This document shows, one piece after another, positions 22,190 to 34,944 of a stretch of DNA of 61,644 nt. The stretch comes from Octopus bimaculoides (taxonomy: Eukaryota), in the NCBI RefSeq assembly GCF_001194135.2, contig NC_068984.1, positions 94,984,988-95,046,631 on the forward strand, read 5' to 3'. Every line of letters starts with the position of its first letter. Position 1 is the stretch's first letter. The notes beneath the pieces are model-generated. The model did no database searches and was not told where the DNA came from. It saw nothing but the letters and a program-made list of their open reading frames with translations. The position numbers were made by a program, and so were the translations under genes.

Positions 22190-24450
22190 TTTTACTAAGA
22201 TGGACGATTGTTCTTGCCATTCATCTCAGTCCATTAAAGTCTCCATAAGGTTCAGCAGCCGGAGGTTGAATGTCACTGCTTTGTTCCATATCTTCCTGGG
22301 TCTCTGTCTTCCACAAATTTCATCCACGTTTCATGATCAATTCTTCTTTATGCAGCTGTCCTCACCCATATGCATTACATGACACCAGTGCAATCATCTC
22401 TTTTGCATGCTACATCTGATGCTTCTTATACCCAATTTTTCTCCCAACACATTTGCCCTTTGTTTAGCATGTGCACTGATGTTGAATATCCTGTGGAGCA
22501 TACTCGATTAATCTCTTTTTTGTCTTTGCATGATAGTAAAACAGTAGCATTGCTTTTCATGCACATGAATCACATGATCTGCCTTTCACTCTGTGAGATA
22601 GACCTTTTGTTGCCACTACAATAGCCCTCTGAACTTTTTCTATCTTATTCTAGCAACTATACTTTCAGAACATCCTCCTGCACTACTAATTAGTCACCTA
22701 GATAACAGAACTATCTACTACCTCTGGGAGCCTCCTAAGCATTTGAGAAAATCTATGCCCTTAGTGTTTATTGTTCCTGTGCATCTTCCACATATAAAGA
22801 CTACTTTCTGTGCTAACTTTCTTGTTATTCCACTTCATCTCTTGTGTGTCTATAGCTTGCACTGGGTACATCATACGCAATTTCTATACATTTCCTGCAT
22901 ATTGAGTAAGGCCATTTTTCTGGCATGAAAAATCCTGTTTTCTTGCTTACATTAGTGCTTGCTAGGTTAGCTTTAAGCCTTTCATTCCAGGTTTTGCTTC
23001 CACATCTAGAATGTCTTTTCTAACTCTACAACAGATTCCACCATAAAAACAAGGTCATCTGCATATAGTTGTTCCCAAGGGCAGCCAGTTGTTAAATTCC
23101 TTTGTTATGGCCTAGAGGATTTGAATTAATAGGAGTGAACTATGTATCTAGCCCTAATGAACTCTTACTTGTTTTCTAAATTCATTGCTGACTCTCATCC
23201 TACTGACACCATCCCTGTACATGGATTGTGTAGCTCTCAAGTCATCCAATCTTCTTTTAGCTTCCTCAGAGATTCACCTGATCACAGAGCAAGAGACTCT
23301 GTTGAAGGCTTTCTCCAGGTTGATAAGTGCCAAGGACAACGGTTTACTTCTGAAGTTGTCTTACTAAGAAGATCGCACCAGTAGTACTTTTCTGTAGCAC
23401 ATAACCCAACTGAATCTTGTCTTGTCTTATTTTGTTCCTAATTAATTGAGCTGTAACGTTCATGACCTGACCCAACAATTTGGGTAATTACATCTATCTA
23501 AGGCATCTCCTTTATGCTTATAGCAGCTGACTGTGATGCTGCAACACTAGTCATCAAGTACAAGACCTTCCTGCACAACTTGGATTAACTATACAAGTGA
23601 CTAGGCCATACTACTCTGCCAGATATTTTAAACATCTCAATGTGGCTCCTGTTGGACCATGGGCCTTCTTTGTCTTCATATCTTTTTTGATTGTTTTATC
23701 TGTCATATTGTCCTCGACTTGAATGGCTGGTCCTTCTGTTGGGTCCACTTTGGGAGGATCCTCTTTCTCCTAAGCATTCTCCACATCTCTTAATCACTTA
23801 GTGTAAGTATGCCATTATCCATTCACACACATACTTACTCACATCACGATTCACTCTGATACACCATGTTGCAATCTGCAATACCTCATATCTCTGATCC
23901 TCATGCTGTAAAATTTGGCTTATCTCCAACTTTCTAATTCCCCACCCTGCTTTATAAACTTGTCACCTAGCTTCCTGTTTGGTTACCTCCTATAATTTTC
24001 TGCTGCTTCCATTTTTCCAATTTTTCCAGCCCTATCTTTTTGCTTTTATATTTCTGTCTACCTCACTGTTCTGTCTCTGCATCACCCTTGTACCAAGCAT
24101 AAATCCAGCAAATTATCCATAGGAACTTCCATTTATCCCTCATGCTATATGTCTCTAACTCCTGTCAAACACTTTGACTATAATTTATCTAAATTTCTGA
24201 CCATTTCCTGAACCTTAGAGCTTCCATATCTTCCTTTTCCAGGCTGGTTTGTTTCTCTGACTCCTGAAGTCACTAACCACTAACCTGTGTTGAGTTGTAC
24301 TATTTTGTCTGGAAATGGCTTTGCATTTATAAGCATCTGTCTTCCCAATTTTTAGTTAATCTGGCTTGTGTTGCCCTCCAGACTAATAGGTTAGAGTTAA
24401 AGATGATGTAGCCATTTACATCACAGAACTCCAGCTGCCTTACATTAGGT
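22190..24450 (-). mobile_element. Old, heavily mutated RTE-clade LINE
   Basis: Colinear patchy similarity to the 29535-33320 copy, e.g. actgggtacatcat, aggtcatctgcatatag, gtccttctgttgggtcca. Confidence 0.7.
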
Positions 24451-24619
24451 ATCACTATGAATTTTTGAAAATATTTAAATGTAATTTCTACTGTACTTTT
24501 TCGCGGAGAGCATTAAAAAAAGAAACATTTTGATACCTCATTTGTGAAATTTGGATTAATATTTTAGGAAATATGACAATTTGAATGGTCAGTGAAATGG
24601 TTGAAATTTTGCCTAATTT

Positions 24620-24702
24620 ATCATCATCATCATCATCGTTTAATGTCCGCTTTCCATGCTGGCATGGGTTGGACGGTTTGACTGAGGATTGGCGAACCAG
24701 AA
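24620..24702 (-). mobile_element. RTE 3' tail fragment
   Basis: (ATC)n-cgtttaatgtccgctttccatgctggcatgggttggacg. Confidence 0.88.
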
Positions 24703-25267
24703 TGTCATATCTTTGAAACTGAGGTGATAATCAGCTTCAAATTAAACAAATTAAGTGACCATAATACGGTAATTGCGTAATTTTTTTCAGGTTCTTGGAA
24801 AGAAAAGGCTTTTTTTTTTTTTGACAATATTTAAAATATTTTTGTAAAGCCTATTTTGTTATGAGTTACTAATGGTTGATTTTTGTTGTGTTTTCAGACC
24901 TAGCTAAGTTCAAAACCACAGTAACTTGAATTGTAGCACATTTGTAGTAGGTATGGAGGTAAATAAATCACGAGATTTTGGGACATGACAGCATTTCCAT
25001 AAAATTTTAATTAGACTATTAAGAATGGCAGAATTTTGAATCAGGACAACCACATAAGTTGTATTTTCTCTGTTTTTATGGGGACTTAGCCCATTTTTTC
25101 TCACCACAGCCTTGAAATTGGAAATGATGTGGGTAAACTCCTTATGAAAACAAATTTTGGAAAATTTGTGATTTTTTCACCCCCACCCCCTGGACCAATG
25201 TAGCCCATTTCTTTTTGGCACTAGGCACTTAAAAATCAATTGGAGAAGCCTGTATAGTAGGAAAAAA

Positions 25268-25419
25268 TATGAAAATATTTTGAGATGAAAAGTTATGTGA
25301 TTTAAGGGCGATTTAGCTGGTGTTTCTGGCACATCTCACGATGACCTGCTAATGCGCTAGAACCAGCAGCCAAATCTCCTTTAAATCACATTACCTTTTT
25401 GTCTCAAAATATTTTCATA
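25268..25419. repeat. Fold-back (MITE-like) element, about 150 bp
   Basis: Arms tatgaaaatattttgaga..gtgatttaagg..gatttagctg and cagccaaatc..ctttaaatcac..tctcaaaatattttcata are imperfectly complementary. Confidence 0.75.
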
Positions 25420-25869
25420 ATTTTGTTTTCCCCATCATAAAGGCTTTTCCCATTGCTTTTTAAGTGCCTATGCCAAAAAATTGGCCTAGATCGATTCGGG
25501 AGGGGATTTTGAAAAATGGTAAATTTCTGAAAAAGCTTCCTCTCTTCATTCTCAAGACTGCGGTGGAAAAAAATGGGAAAAATCTCTTTCAAAATAGAGA
25601 AAATCCAACTTAAGTGGGTGTCCTGATCTGAAGCTCAGCCCTACAAATAATTAAATGAAATTACAGCTATTGCAAGTATTTCATCTATATTCAAATAGGG
25701 TTATGGTTGCAATCCATTATCTGTAGGGGGTTCAGTTTTGATACACTGGTATGGGATATAAAACTGAATCTTCTGTAAGTTTAGAGCTTTACAATAAATT
25801 TAATAAGTATCCTTGAAGAATTTTGTGGAAGGGGTGACACAGACAGTTTAACCATGCAAAAACCCATTT

Positions 25870-27250
25870 TTTAGTGCATCATTTTCATGACAATATACCT
25901 ATTTTCCTTGGAAAATTATATATCATTTGAAAGTTCTGGATGTGAACTTAGTTCTCATATTATTTTAATCAAAATCTGACACTTACCTAAGATGTCAGGG
26001 TCCCTCAAACGACCTGGTATTTCCATCCATTCACAAAGTTTATTTCAATTTTTTTTTTCTTTTTTGTCTGCTGAATGGCAGTCCTTGATCTAGTTCAATG
26101 CGCTTGGGCACTATAACTCAAGTTGTTTTGATAATCATTCACGCAGGTGGAGGATTTTTTAAAGATTTATTTTGTTATAAATCATGATGGTGGTAGGTCA
26201 GAAAATTGTTACAAAATATAAAAGTGAAAATTAGTGCTTACTTGTGAAAATGTAAACATTACAGGAGAAAAAATGTAAAAAAACATCACATTGAACTTTA
26301 TAAAAGTTCAATGCACAATATAATTCTTTTTGACAAAAACAAACCAGTATTTCTGTGAGAAATATGAAATTCACTTGTACAAGAAAATGTGCAAGTTAAA
26401 ATTCATATGTCGCTTGGATTTGTCTATATTCAGATGTTGAGAAACACCTAATACTATAAACAGGGTTCTTGCCGTAAATGAATTTAAGCGATAGGGAATA
26501 AACAACATTATCAATACAACAGTTACATGCTAATCTTGGACTCTAGATGCTCTATTTAACTCAATTTAGTGCAAATTCTCTTTATTTACCAATTAGTTTG
26601 TCCATTTCTTGAAATTTTGGATCAAAATCAATATTCGAAGCCTTGAATTTGTCTTCCATATGACTTCTCAGTTTGACAAGTAGTGTCAATATGTATACAA
26701 AAAGCATCAATATACTACCCTCCTTTTTCGCTTTGCACTTTTTTGCCATACCATGGCCAGAATTAGCAATGACCATGATGATTTAATAAGAAATTTTTCT
26801 TTCTAATGGTATAAGAATCTTGAAGAAATTATGTTCCTTTTTAGGTGAAAATTAACAATTCACTTTGGTATTTCATAATGATTATTTGACCCCATCAAGT
26901 CTTATATCAAAATAAAGCTAAAACATTCTTCTATATGAGTATATGATTCTTAATACACCTCAAGTTATGGTATTCTAGTTAAGAGACAGGAGACCTACTA
27001 CCAGCTCACATGTCTCTGAGGTGCTCTGTGAGCCTATCAGCCAGTCAGAGCACCATAACTTGAGAAAAGGCTACTGTTCAGCAGACAAAAGAAAAAATAG
27101 GACAAACTTTGAAAATGTACGAAATACCAAGGTGTTTGAGGGACCCTGACATGATATGTAACTGTTGGATTTTAATTAAAACTATATGAGAAGAAAGTTC
27201 ACATCCAAAGCATTCAAATGATATATAATTATTTTTGACATGAAAACGAT
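25870..27250. mobile_element. Unclassified element with long diverged inverted repeats (about 180 bp)
   Basis: 25910-26075 is the reverse complement of 27075-27230 (shared blocks aattatatatcatttgaa, ggatgtgaactt, atgtcagggtccctcaaac, ttttgtctgctgaa). Outer ends not resolved. Confidence 0.7.
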
Positions 27251-27329
27251 AAAGTAAAAAACGTGTTCTTTCATGTTCAAACTGTGCTTGTCTTCATTGT
27301 ACAGTGCTCTTTAGTGATACCTTCTTACA

Positions 27330-28700
27330 TATGTGTGTATTTTTCCACCTTTTTCCTCTACCTGTACCTGCTTTAATTTGTTTGTCTCATTACACCACTT
27401 TCTCCAGTTTCCCCCATTTTTCTGCTTCCCTCTAACCTTTACCACATTCACATCCCACTTCACTTCACTCACCCCCCAGCCAGCACCTGCACCCCAACAC
27501 TGCTCACATTTCCTATACCCATCTCCTTACACAGATGCTATCCTTTATATGCACACAACTCACCACCTCTTTCTCTCTTAACTCTTCCCCATGAAACTTC
27601 CACAGATTTTCTCTAGTTTTATCATTCTTCATTTTTGGTTTATGTGGTTACCCACCCACTCTTATCCATTGATCATACCTCAGTTTTGAACACCCTATGT
27701 TCAAAATTCTTTCCACCACATCTTATCTACCACCCTGTCCCTAGAACACAGCATTGTCTACCTCTTCTACTTCCTCCAGCTTCTTCCCTCTTCCACCTCC
27801 AGCTTTTTCCCTCTCGCATCTATCCCTTCTTCAAGCATGCCTACAGCTCCCACAACCTCATCCATAGTTCCATCTTCCCAGATCCTTTTGCTGCTCCCAT
27901 CCCCACTTTCATACCTGCTATTTGCTTCCCATCACCACCTCTCTTACTGTACTTCCCCAATTAAGGACTTCTTCCACTGCACCTCTAATCTAGTTGCACT
28001 CCAATGTTTTCTCTGCAGTATCATTTCCATTGGACAAACCAGTTTCTGACTGGCTGATAGGCTCACGGAGCACCTCAGTAGTAGGTCCTGGTAGTAGGTC
28101 TCCTGTCTCTTAACATCTATTTTCCACTAGCCATTCCATCCAACACCTCTAGGTCTTCTGTATCCCCACTACTTCACCTCCAGAGAGAAGAGGATTTAGT
28201 TTCCTCTCTCCAAACCTATAGTCCTTTCAGTCTCAATCTCCTCAATTTTTCTACCTTTTTTCCCCACCTATACCCTCTCAGCTACCCTATCTCACCCTGT
28301 CACCTACCACATACTCTCAAAATACTTGCACCATTCCCACCCCACCACCCTACACACATTTACAACTCTCACACATACACACACCCAGTCTCTTTCACAT
28401 TCCTGCACCTGTGACACTCCTACATACACCAGCACATCCACATGCCCTCTTAAACCATCTCGCTAAGGCATACATCCCCATACATATCTACTCTCCACCC
28501 ATGTACACACACACACATATCATTTGCCACTCTCTCACCTTGCTGTCTCCCTGAAACATGCACAGCCACTACACACTACTTATACATATGAACACACATT
28601 TGTACTAAGGCACCCACTCATACATTCAAACACACATTTTCTCACTGTTTGACAGTTTGGAAGCTCACAATCTGGAACTGTTGACCAGAAATTGAACCTG
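27330..28700 (+). mobile_element. Penelope-like element, RT thumb, linker and GIY-YIG, degenerate
   Basis: PHLIYHP, HAYSSHNLIHSS, FHCTSNLVALQCFLCSIISIGQTSF*LADRLTEHL, PVS*HLFSTSHS, followed by a C/T-rich 3' region. Confidence 0.7.
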
Positions 28701-29534
28701 TCTTGGTGATGCCTCTTTTGGCTATAGTATTTTTTGGTACTCAATGCAAATACATGCATATGCAAAAACATACACATACCGTGAGAGAGAGAAGGGGGGG
28801 GGGAGAAAGACATTACAACGTATTGAATCCAATCAATAGAAACTCTTTTTCTCACTTCATACACATCGAGAAATATGCTTACACACATAAATATGAAGGG
28901 ATTGAGAAACTTTAGAAGGTATTAAATAGCCTCAATTGTGACAAGTCTCCTCTTCACATTACACATAAAGGAAAAACATGTACATAACAAATAGAGTGAG
29001 AGAGAAAGAGAGATGTGCTTGTATCAATCAGGTGGTGGGGCATTTATTTCCATTTTAATGTTTCTCTCTTTCTCTCCCTCTAATTTTTCTGTTCATGGCA
29101 CCAAAGTTTAAATTTACTGTCAGTTCAACTTTGTAAAAGATGTTCAGAAATCCATTCTGAGAAAATTTTTCTTTTCCATATTCTGTCAATATTTCGTTAA
29201 CCATCAACTTAATGAAGNNNNNNNNNNNNNNNNNNNNNNNNNNNNNNNNNNNNNNNNNNNNNNNNNNNNNNNNNNNNNNNNNNNNNNNAGTTGTGATTAC
29301 AACAAGAATAAAAACCAAATCTTCATGGTACCAAAAAGTACTGGGGAGAAAATGTCTGATATCAAATAAGTCAGTATCAAATCAGCAATGCCAAACATGC
29401 AGTACCAAAATGACTGTGCTAAAACATTTCATACCCCCCCCCCCCACACACACACATATGTACTTACATAAATATGATTATACATATAACTATGTATGTA
29501 TGTGTGTGTATGTATGACATATAAATATATATAT

Positions 29535-32500
29535 ATCATCATCATCATCGTTTAACGTCCGCTTTCTAAGCTAGCATGGGTTGGATGATTTGACTGAGGA
29601 CAGGCGAACCAGATGGATACAACAGGCCCCAATCTGATCTGGCAGAGTTTCTATAGCTGAATGCCCTTCCTAACGCCAACCACTCCGAGAGTGTAGTGGG
29701 TGCTTTTTATGTGCCACCAGCACAAGGGCCAGTCAGGTGGTACTGGCAACAGCCACACTCAAATGGTGTCTTTTACGTGCCACCTACACAGGAGCCAGTC
29801 CAGTGGCACTGGCAATGACCTCGCTCGGATGTTTTTTCACGTGCCACCAGCACAAGTACCAGTAAGGCGACACTGGTAACAATCACGCTCAAATGGTGTT
29901 ATTTACGTGCCACCGGCACGGAAGCCAGTCAGCTGCCCTGGCAGTGATCACACTCGGATGGTACTGTTAGTGGTCCACTGGCACAGGTGCCAGTCATCAA
30001 ATTTGGTTCAATTACCATTTCGATTTCACTTGCCCCAATAGGTCTTCGCAAGCTGAGTTTAGTGTCCAATGAAGGAAAGGTTGGCATGGGTGCTAGTCGT
30101 TGAATTTGGTTCGATTTCGATTTCACTTGCCTCAATAGGTCTTCACAAGTAGACTTTAGTGTCCAATGAAGTAAAGGTACGAATAAGTGGGCTCGCTACA
30201 CACCTGGCAGAGGCCTTGGATTATGGTCTCACTTGGTTTGCTGGGTCTTCTCGCGTACAGCATATTTTCAAATGTCTTGGTCACTAGTCGTTGAGGCCTA
30301 ATGTTCAAAGGTTGTGCTTCACCACCTCATCCCAGGTCTTCCTGGGTCTACCTCTTCCACAGGTTCCCTCAACCGCTAGGGTGTGGCACTTTTTCACACA
30401 GTTATCCTCATCTCACCACATGACCATACCAATGCAATTGTCTCTCTTGCACACCACAACTGATGCTTCTTAGGTCCTCTCAAGGTACTTACACCCTGTC
30501 GAGTATGCACACTGACATTGCACATCCATTGGAGCAAACTGGCTTCATTTCTTGCAAGCTTACGTATGTCCTCAGCAGTCACGGTCCATGTTTCACTGCC
30601 ATGTAGCATGGCTGTTCGTACACATGCGTCATACAGTCTGCCTTTTACTCTGAACGAGAGGCCCTTTGACACCAGCAAAGGTAAGAGCTCTCTGAACTTT
30701 GCCCAGGTTATTCTTATTCTAGCAGCTACACTTTCAGCGTACCCTCCCCAGTTACTGACTTGGTCACCTAGGTAACGGAAGCTATCAACTACTTTTAGTT
30801 TTTCTCCCTGGAATGTGGCAGAAGTTGTTTTCTGCACATTTTCAGTGTTTATTGCTCCTGAACATCTGCCACATACAAAAACTATCTTGCTAGTTAGCCT
30901 TCCTTTGATATTGCTGCACCTCTTATATGTCCATAGCTTACACTGGGTACATCTTATAGAGTTTCTGCTTATGCCTTTTCTACAGATCAAGCAGGGCCAT
31001 CTACCTGAAGGGGTTTGTGGTTTGTCTACCTTCCTACTTATTAGGACTGTGGTTTTAGCTAGGTTGACTCTAAAGCCCTTCGATTCTAATCCTTGCTTCC
31101 ACACCTGAAACTTCTCCTCTAGTTCTGATAGTGACTCAGCAATTAGTGCAAGGTCATCAGCATAGAGGAGCTCCCAGGGGCATCCTGTCTTGAATTCCTC
31201 TGTTATTGCCTGGAGGACTATGATAAAAAGGAGGGGGCTGAGGACTGGACCTTGGTGGACCCCTACCTCTACCAGGAATTCTTCACTGTATTCGTTGCCA
31301 ACCCTCACCTTACTGACAGTATCCCTGTACATGGCTCACACAGCTCTCACTAACCATTTGTCTATCCCTAGTTTCCTCATTGACCACCAGATAGGGGATC
31401 AGGGAACCTTGTCAAAGGCTTTCTCCATGTCGACGAAGGCGAGGTACAGAGGTTTATCTTTGGCTAAGTATTTCTCCTGCAGCTGTCTTACCAGAAATAT
31501 AGTATCAGTGGTGCTTTTCCCTGGCATGAACCCAAACTACATCTCATCTAAACTGACCCTCTGCCTAATTAGTTGGGCTATGACCCTCTCCGTGACTTTC
31601 ATTACCTGATCCAACAACTTAATACTTCTGTAATTATTTGTATCTAAAGCGTCACCTTTACCTTTGTAGCAGTTGACTAAGGTGCTGCTACACCAGTCAC
31701 TGGGTATGACTCTTTTGTGTATTACCTGGTTAACTATACAGGTGACTAGGCTATAGCCGACACTGCCAGATATTTTGAGCATCTCTGCAGTGATTCCTGA
31801 TGGGCCAGGGGCTTTCCCTGTCTTCATACTCTTAATTGCTTTATCTACCATGGTACTGTCAACTTGAATAGCTGGTCCCTCTGTTGGGTCAACATTTGGC
31901 AGACTCTCTTTCTCCCATTCATTCTCTTTATTGAGCAACCTTTCATAGTGGCGTCTCCAAACCTCTCTCTTTGCAGCCATGTTTAGTGCAAGTGAACCAT
32001 CATCCATGTGGACACATTTCTCTCCTACGACATCACGATTCTCTCTCACATACTGTCTTGCAACACGAAACACCTCAAGTCTTTGGTCCTCACAGCGCAG
32101 AACATTGGCAAATTTTTTTCTTATCTGCTTCGCCCCTCTAGCAAAATAATCCTGTCTCTTAGCTTCCCTTCTGGCAGTCTGATACAATTCCTTGCTACCA
32201 CCGTTCTTCCAGTTCTTCCAAGCTTGTTTCTTTTCTCTAATAGCCCTGTCAACAACATTGTTCCACCACCACGTTATTTTGGGTCGAGAGGGGACTTTGC
32301 ACCAGCCACAGATTTGATCAGTGGCCCTCAACAGGTTGTCCCGTAGAAACCTCCAGTTGTCTTCTACATTGTGTGAAGCTATATCCCCTTCGATTTCATC
32401 AAAGGCTTCAAGTAATATGTCTCTAAATCTCTGTCCATCCGCAGGATCTTTTAGCTTCCAGACCCTTCTCCTCCATTCTGGTCGTCTTCTGGGCAACCAC

Positions 32501-33320
32501 TTAGCCCTGATCCTGAAGTCACTAACTACTAGTCTAAGTTGTGGGGTACATTCTTCATCTGGGAAGGTTTTGGCATTTATAAGCAGCCATCTTTCCCTTT
32601 TTCTGGCAAGGATGTAGTCAATTTGGCTAGTGTGTCTGTCAGAATGGTAGGTGACTAGTTGACTGGCAGGTTTCCTGAAGTTAGTATTGCAAACCATAAG
32701 GACATTTGCATCGCAGAACTGCAGCAGCCTGGTTCCCTTCTCATTGCACGAGCCAAAACCATAGCCTCCATGTACGCCATGGTGTTGTCCAACATGTCCA
32801 TTGAAGTCACCAGTCACAAAACAAAGAGATGGTCCCTGTCATTCGTCAAAGACGTAGTCTGCAAGAGGGTGTCATAAAATCNNNNNNNNNNNNNNNNNNN
32901 NNNNNNNNNNNNNNNNNNNNNNNNNNNNNNNNNNNNNNNNNNNNNNNNNNNNNNNNNNNNNNNNNNNNNNNNNNNNNNNNNNNNNNNCTTAAGTATTCTA
33001 TCGCATGTTCTGACTACCTCGATTACCTTATCCACCCATTTCTCCACTAGAAGTATACCCACGCCCCCAACTCCGTGTGTGTTTCCTGCCCAGAAAATCT
33101 TGCACCTGTGTTCTTTGCCTGTGAGAAACCTAGCGGAACCTCCTCTCCACCTTACTTCTTGGAAGCAGCAGATATCGACACATCTCCATTCAAGCATCTC
33201 AACAATCACACCAGACCTACCTTTCAGTGTGCCGACGTTGAAAGTGCCAACCCTGAGGGTGTGGGAGGTATGGGCCCGTGAGACCCTGGGGCGGGGGACA
33301 GCAGCATCATGTACCTGAAA
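29535..33320 (-). mobile_element. Near full-length RTE-clade LINE (APE endonuclease + RT), with frameshifts
   Basis: TFNVGTLKGRS, CCFQEVRW, GDFNGHVG, SQIDYIL (APE). KAPGPSGI, NYRSIKLL, VGVHQG..LSPLLF, LLYADDL (RT). C4 finger. (ATG)n tail. Confidence 0.95.
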
Positions 33321-33589
33321 AGAAAGCTCTCATTTGACATAATTCATAAACAAGCAATAACCTTCAATTCAACCTGCATACACTACACTACCATATTTTT
33401 GCACTATATGATCACTACCTTACATAGGAGGAGATAAACCCTAAGTAGGAGTGGAGGTGGCGTGAACTCTTTAGAAGTATTTATGGGAGAGGATAAAACA
33501 GTCAATAAATTTCTAAAATATTTTGAGTTTCATGTTTTATGAGATTTTTACATGCTTTACAGTCTTACAATTACATTCTTGGCATTAGG

Positions 33590-33715
33590 AAGATCATCTA
33601 GCCATTTGAACCATACCAAATCAAACTGGAATCTGGTGCAGCCCTCTGGCTTACCAGTTCCAGTTAAACGTCTAACCCAATCCAGCATGGAAAGCAGATG
33701 TTAAATGATGATGAC
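33590..33715 (+). mobile_element. Diverged RTE-type 3' tail
   Basis: ggcattaggaag...cagcatggaaagcagatgttaaatgatgatga. Confidence 0.65.
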
Positions 33716-34539
33716 ATATGATAATACAAGTACTTTCATGTCTTCTGTTGCAATCCTCAGGTTTATTTTGTAGCAGTATTAACCAACTTCTGTGTTTTAC
33801 ATTTAATAACTAGTGAAATGACTGAATTTGTCCATCAGATGCTTTCCAATAGGTTTCAGCAGACTGAACCTTATGGATTGTATTTTAACAAATTAATGCA
33901 TGGCTTAGATGCCACAGTTTGGTGAACATGCCAACCCAGTTGATATTGTCACTGTCTTAGTCATAGGAACATTTTAACTAATCAGCAAGTGACTTAGACA
34001 CCTTGATTTGGTGAACACACCAACATAGTTGACATTGACAGTGCTCATTCATAGAAACATTTTCATCAGTCAATCATCTGTAAAGGATTTGTCTGTATTC
34101 AGATGTTGAGAAACACCTAATAGTATAAACAGGGTTCTTGCCTTAAATGAATTTAATATTACTATTAAAATTTCTTAGAATTGTTTTGTAAAATTACATT
34201 TAGATAAAATCAGTATTGTTGTTATGATTATTATTATTGTTGGTAATATTATCATTTATTATTATTACTACTCTTACCCTTACTGTTATCATTATTATTC
34301 TTTTGTTGGAACTCCTGAAATTTTGCATGAGTAGTGAGCTTGCTGCATGCAGCCTATAGTATCATGCTATTTGTTCTCTTCAACTATCTAATACTTTCCT
34401 GATAATTCTAGCCATGCTAAAGAGGCAAACTTTTTGCAACAGCTCTGCTGAGCACTCTATTCACATTTCCTTTATATTCCTCTCAATACCTCTTCACTGT
34501 CCTCAAGGTCCCAACAATAATTGGCACATTATTATTATT

Positions 34540-34710
34540 ATTACCTCAACCTTAGCGAAGGCAGAGGTATTGTTTTTAGTTGTGTTTTTTGTTTGTTTGT
34601 TTGTCCGTGGATTTGGATGAAACTTTCAGGGATGTTTGGCCTCGTAACTAGCACAAACTGATTAGATTTTGGGATCGATCCAGTACCGGACAAGGATTTT
34701 GGATTATTTG
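34540..34710 (+). mobile_element. Helentron/DINE-like non-autonomous fragment
   Basis: attacctc..aaggcagaggtattg, (GTTT)n, ggatttggatgaaactttcagg, gattagattttggg resembles DINE-1-like cores. gtaccggacaaggatt recurs at about 37478. Confidence 0.45.
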
Positions 34711-34944
34711 TTATATTTACTTTACTTTACATGATTACGATCTTACATTCACTTTCAAGTCTTAGTTAAACTTTGGAAACACCCTAAAGGGAAACCTTTA
34801 GGGTGTTTCCAAAGTTTTGTTTCTGTTTCTCTATTCTTAATTTTACTCGCATTTCTATCTTAATAGAAACTGATGGATAACGAAATCAAACACTAACATA
34901 CTTTTATAATATATATATTATATATTATACACATATATATAGGT

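Noticed and set aside
24790-24955. Exon-like segments with ttttcag acceptors and a gtatgg donor
   Set aside because: All frames contain stops, and the context looks like a DNA-transposon relic
29090-29217. Minus-strand peptide FIKLMVNEILTEYGKEKF.. with a possible gtaaat donor
   Set aside because: The acceptor side is lost in a gap, the donor is weak and the peptide is unrecognised
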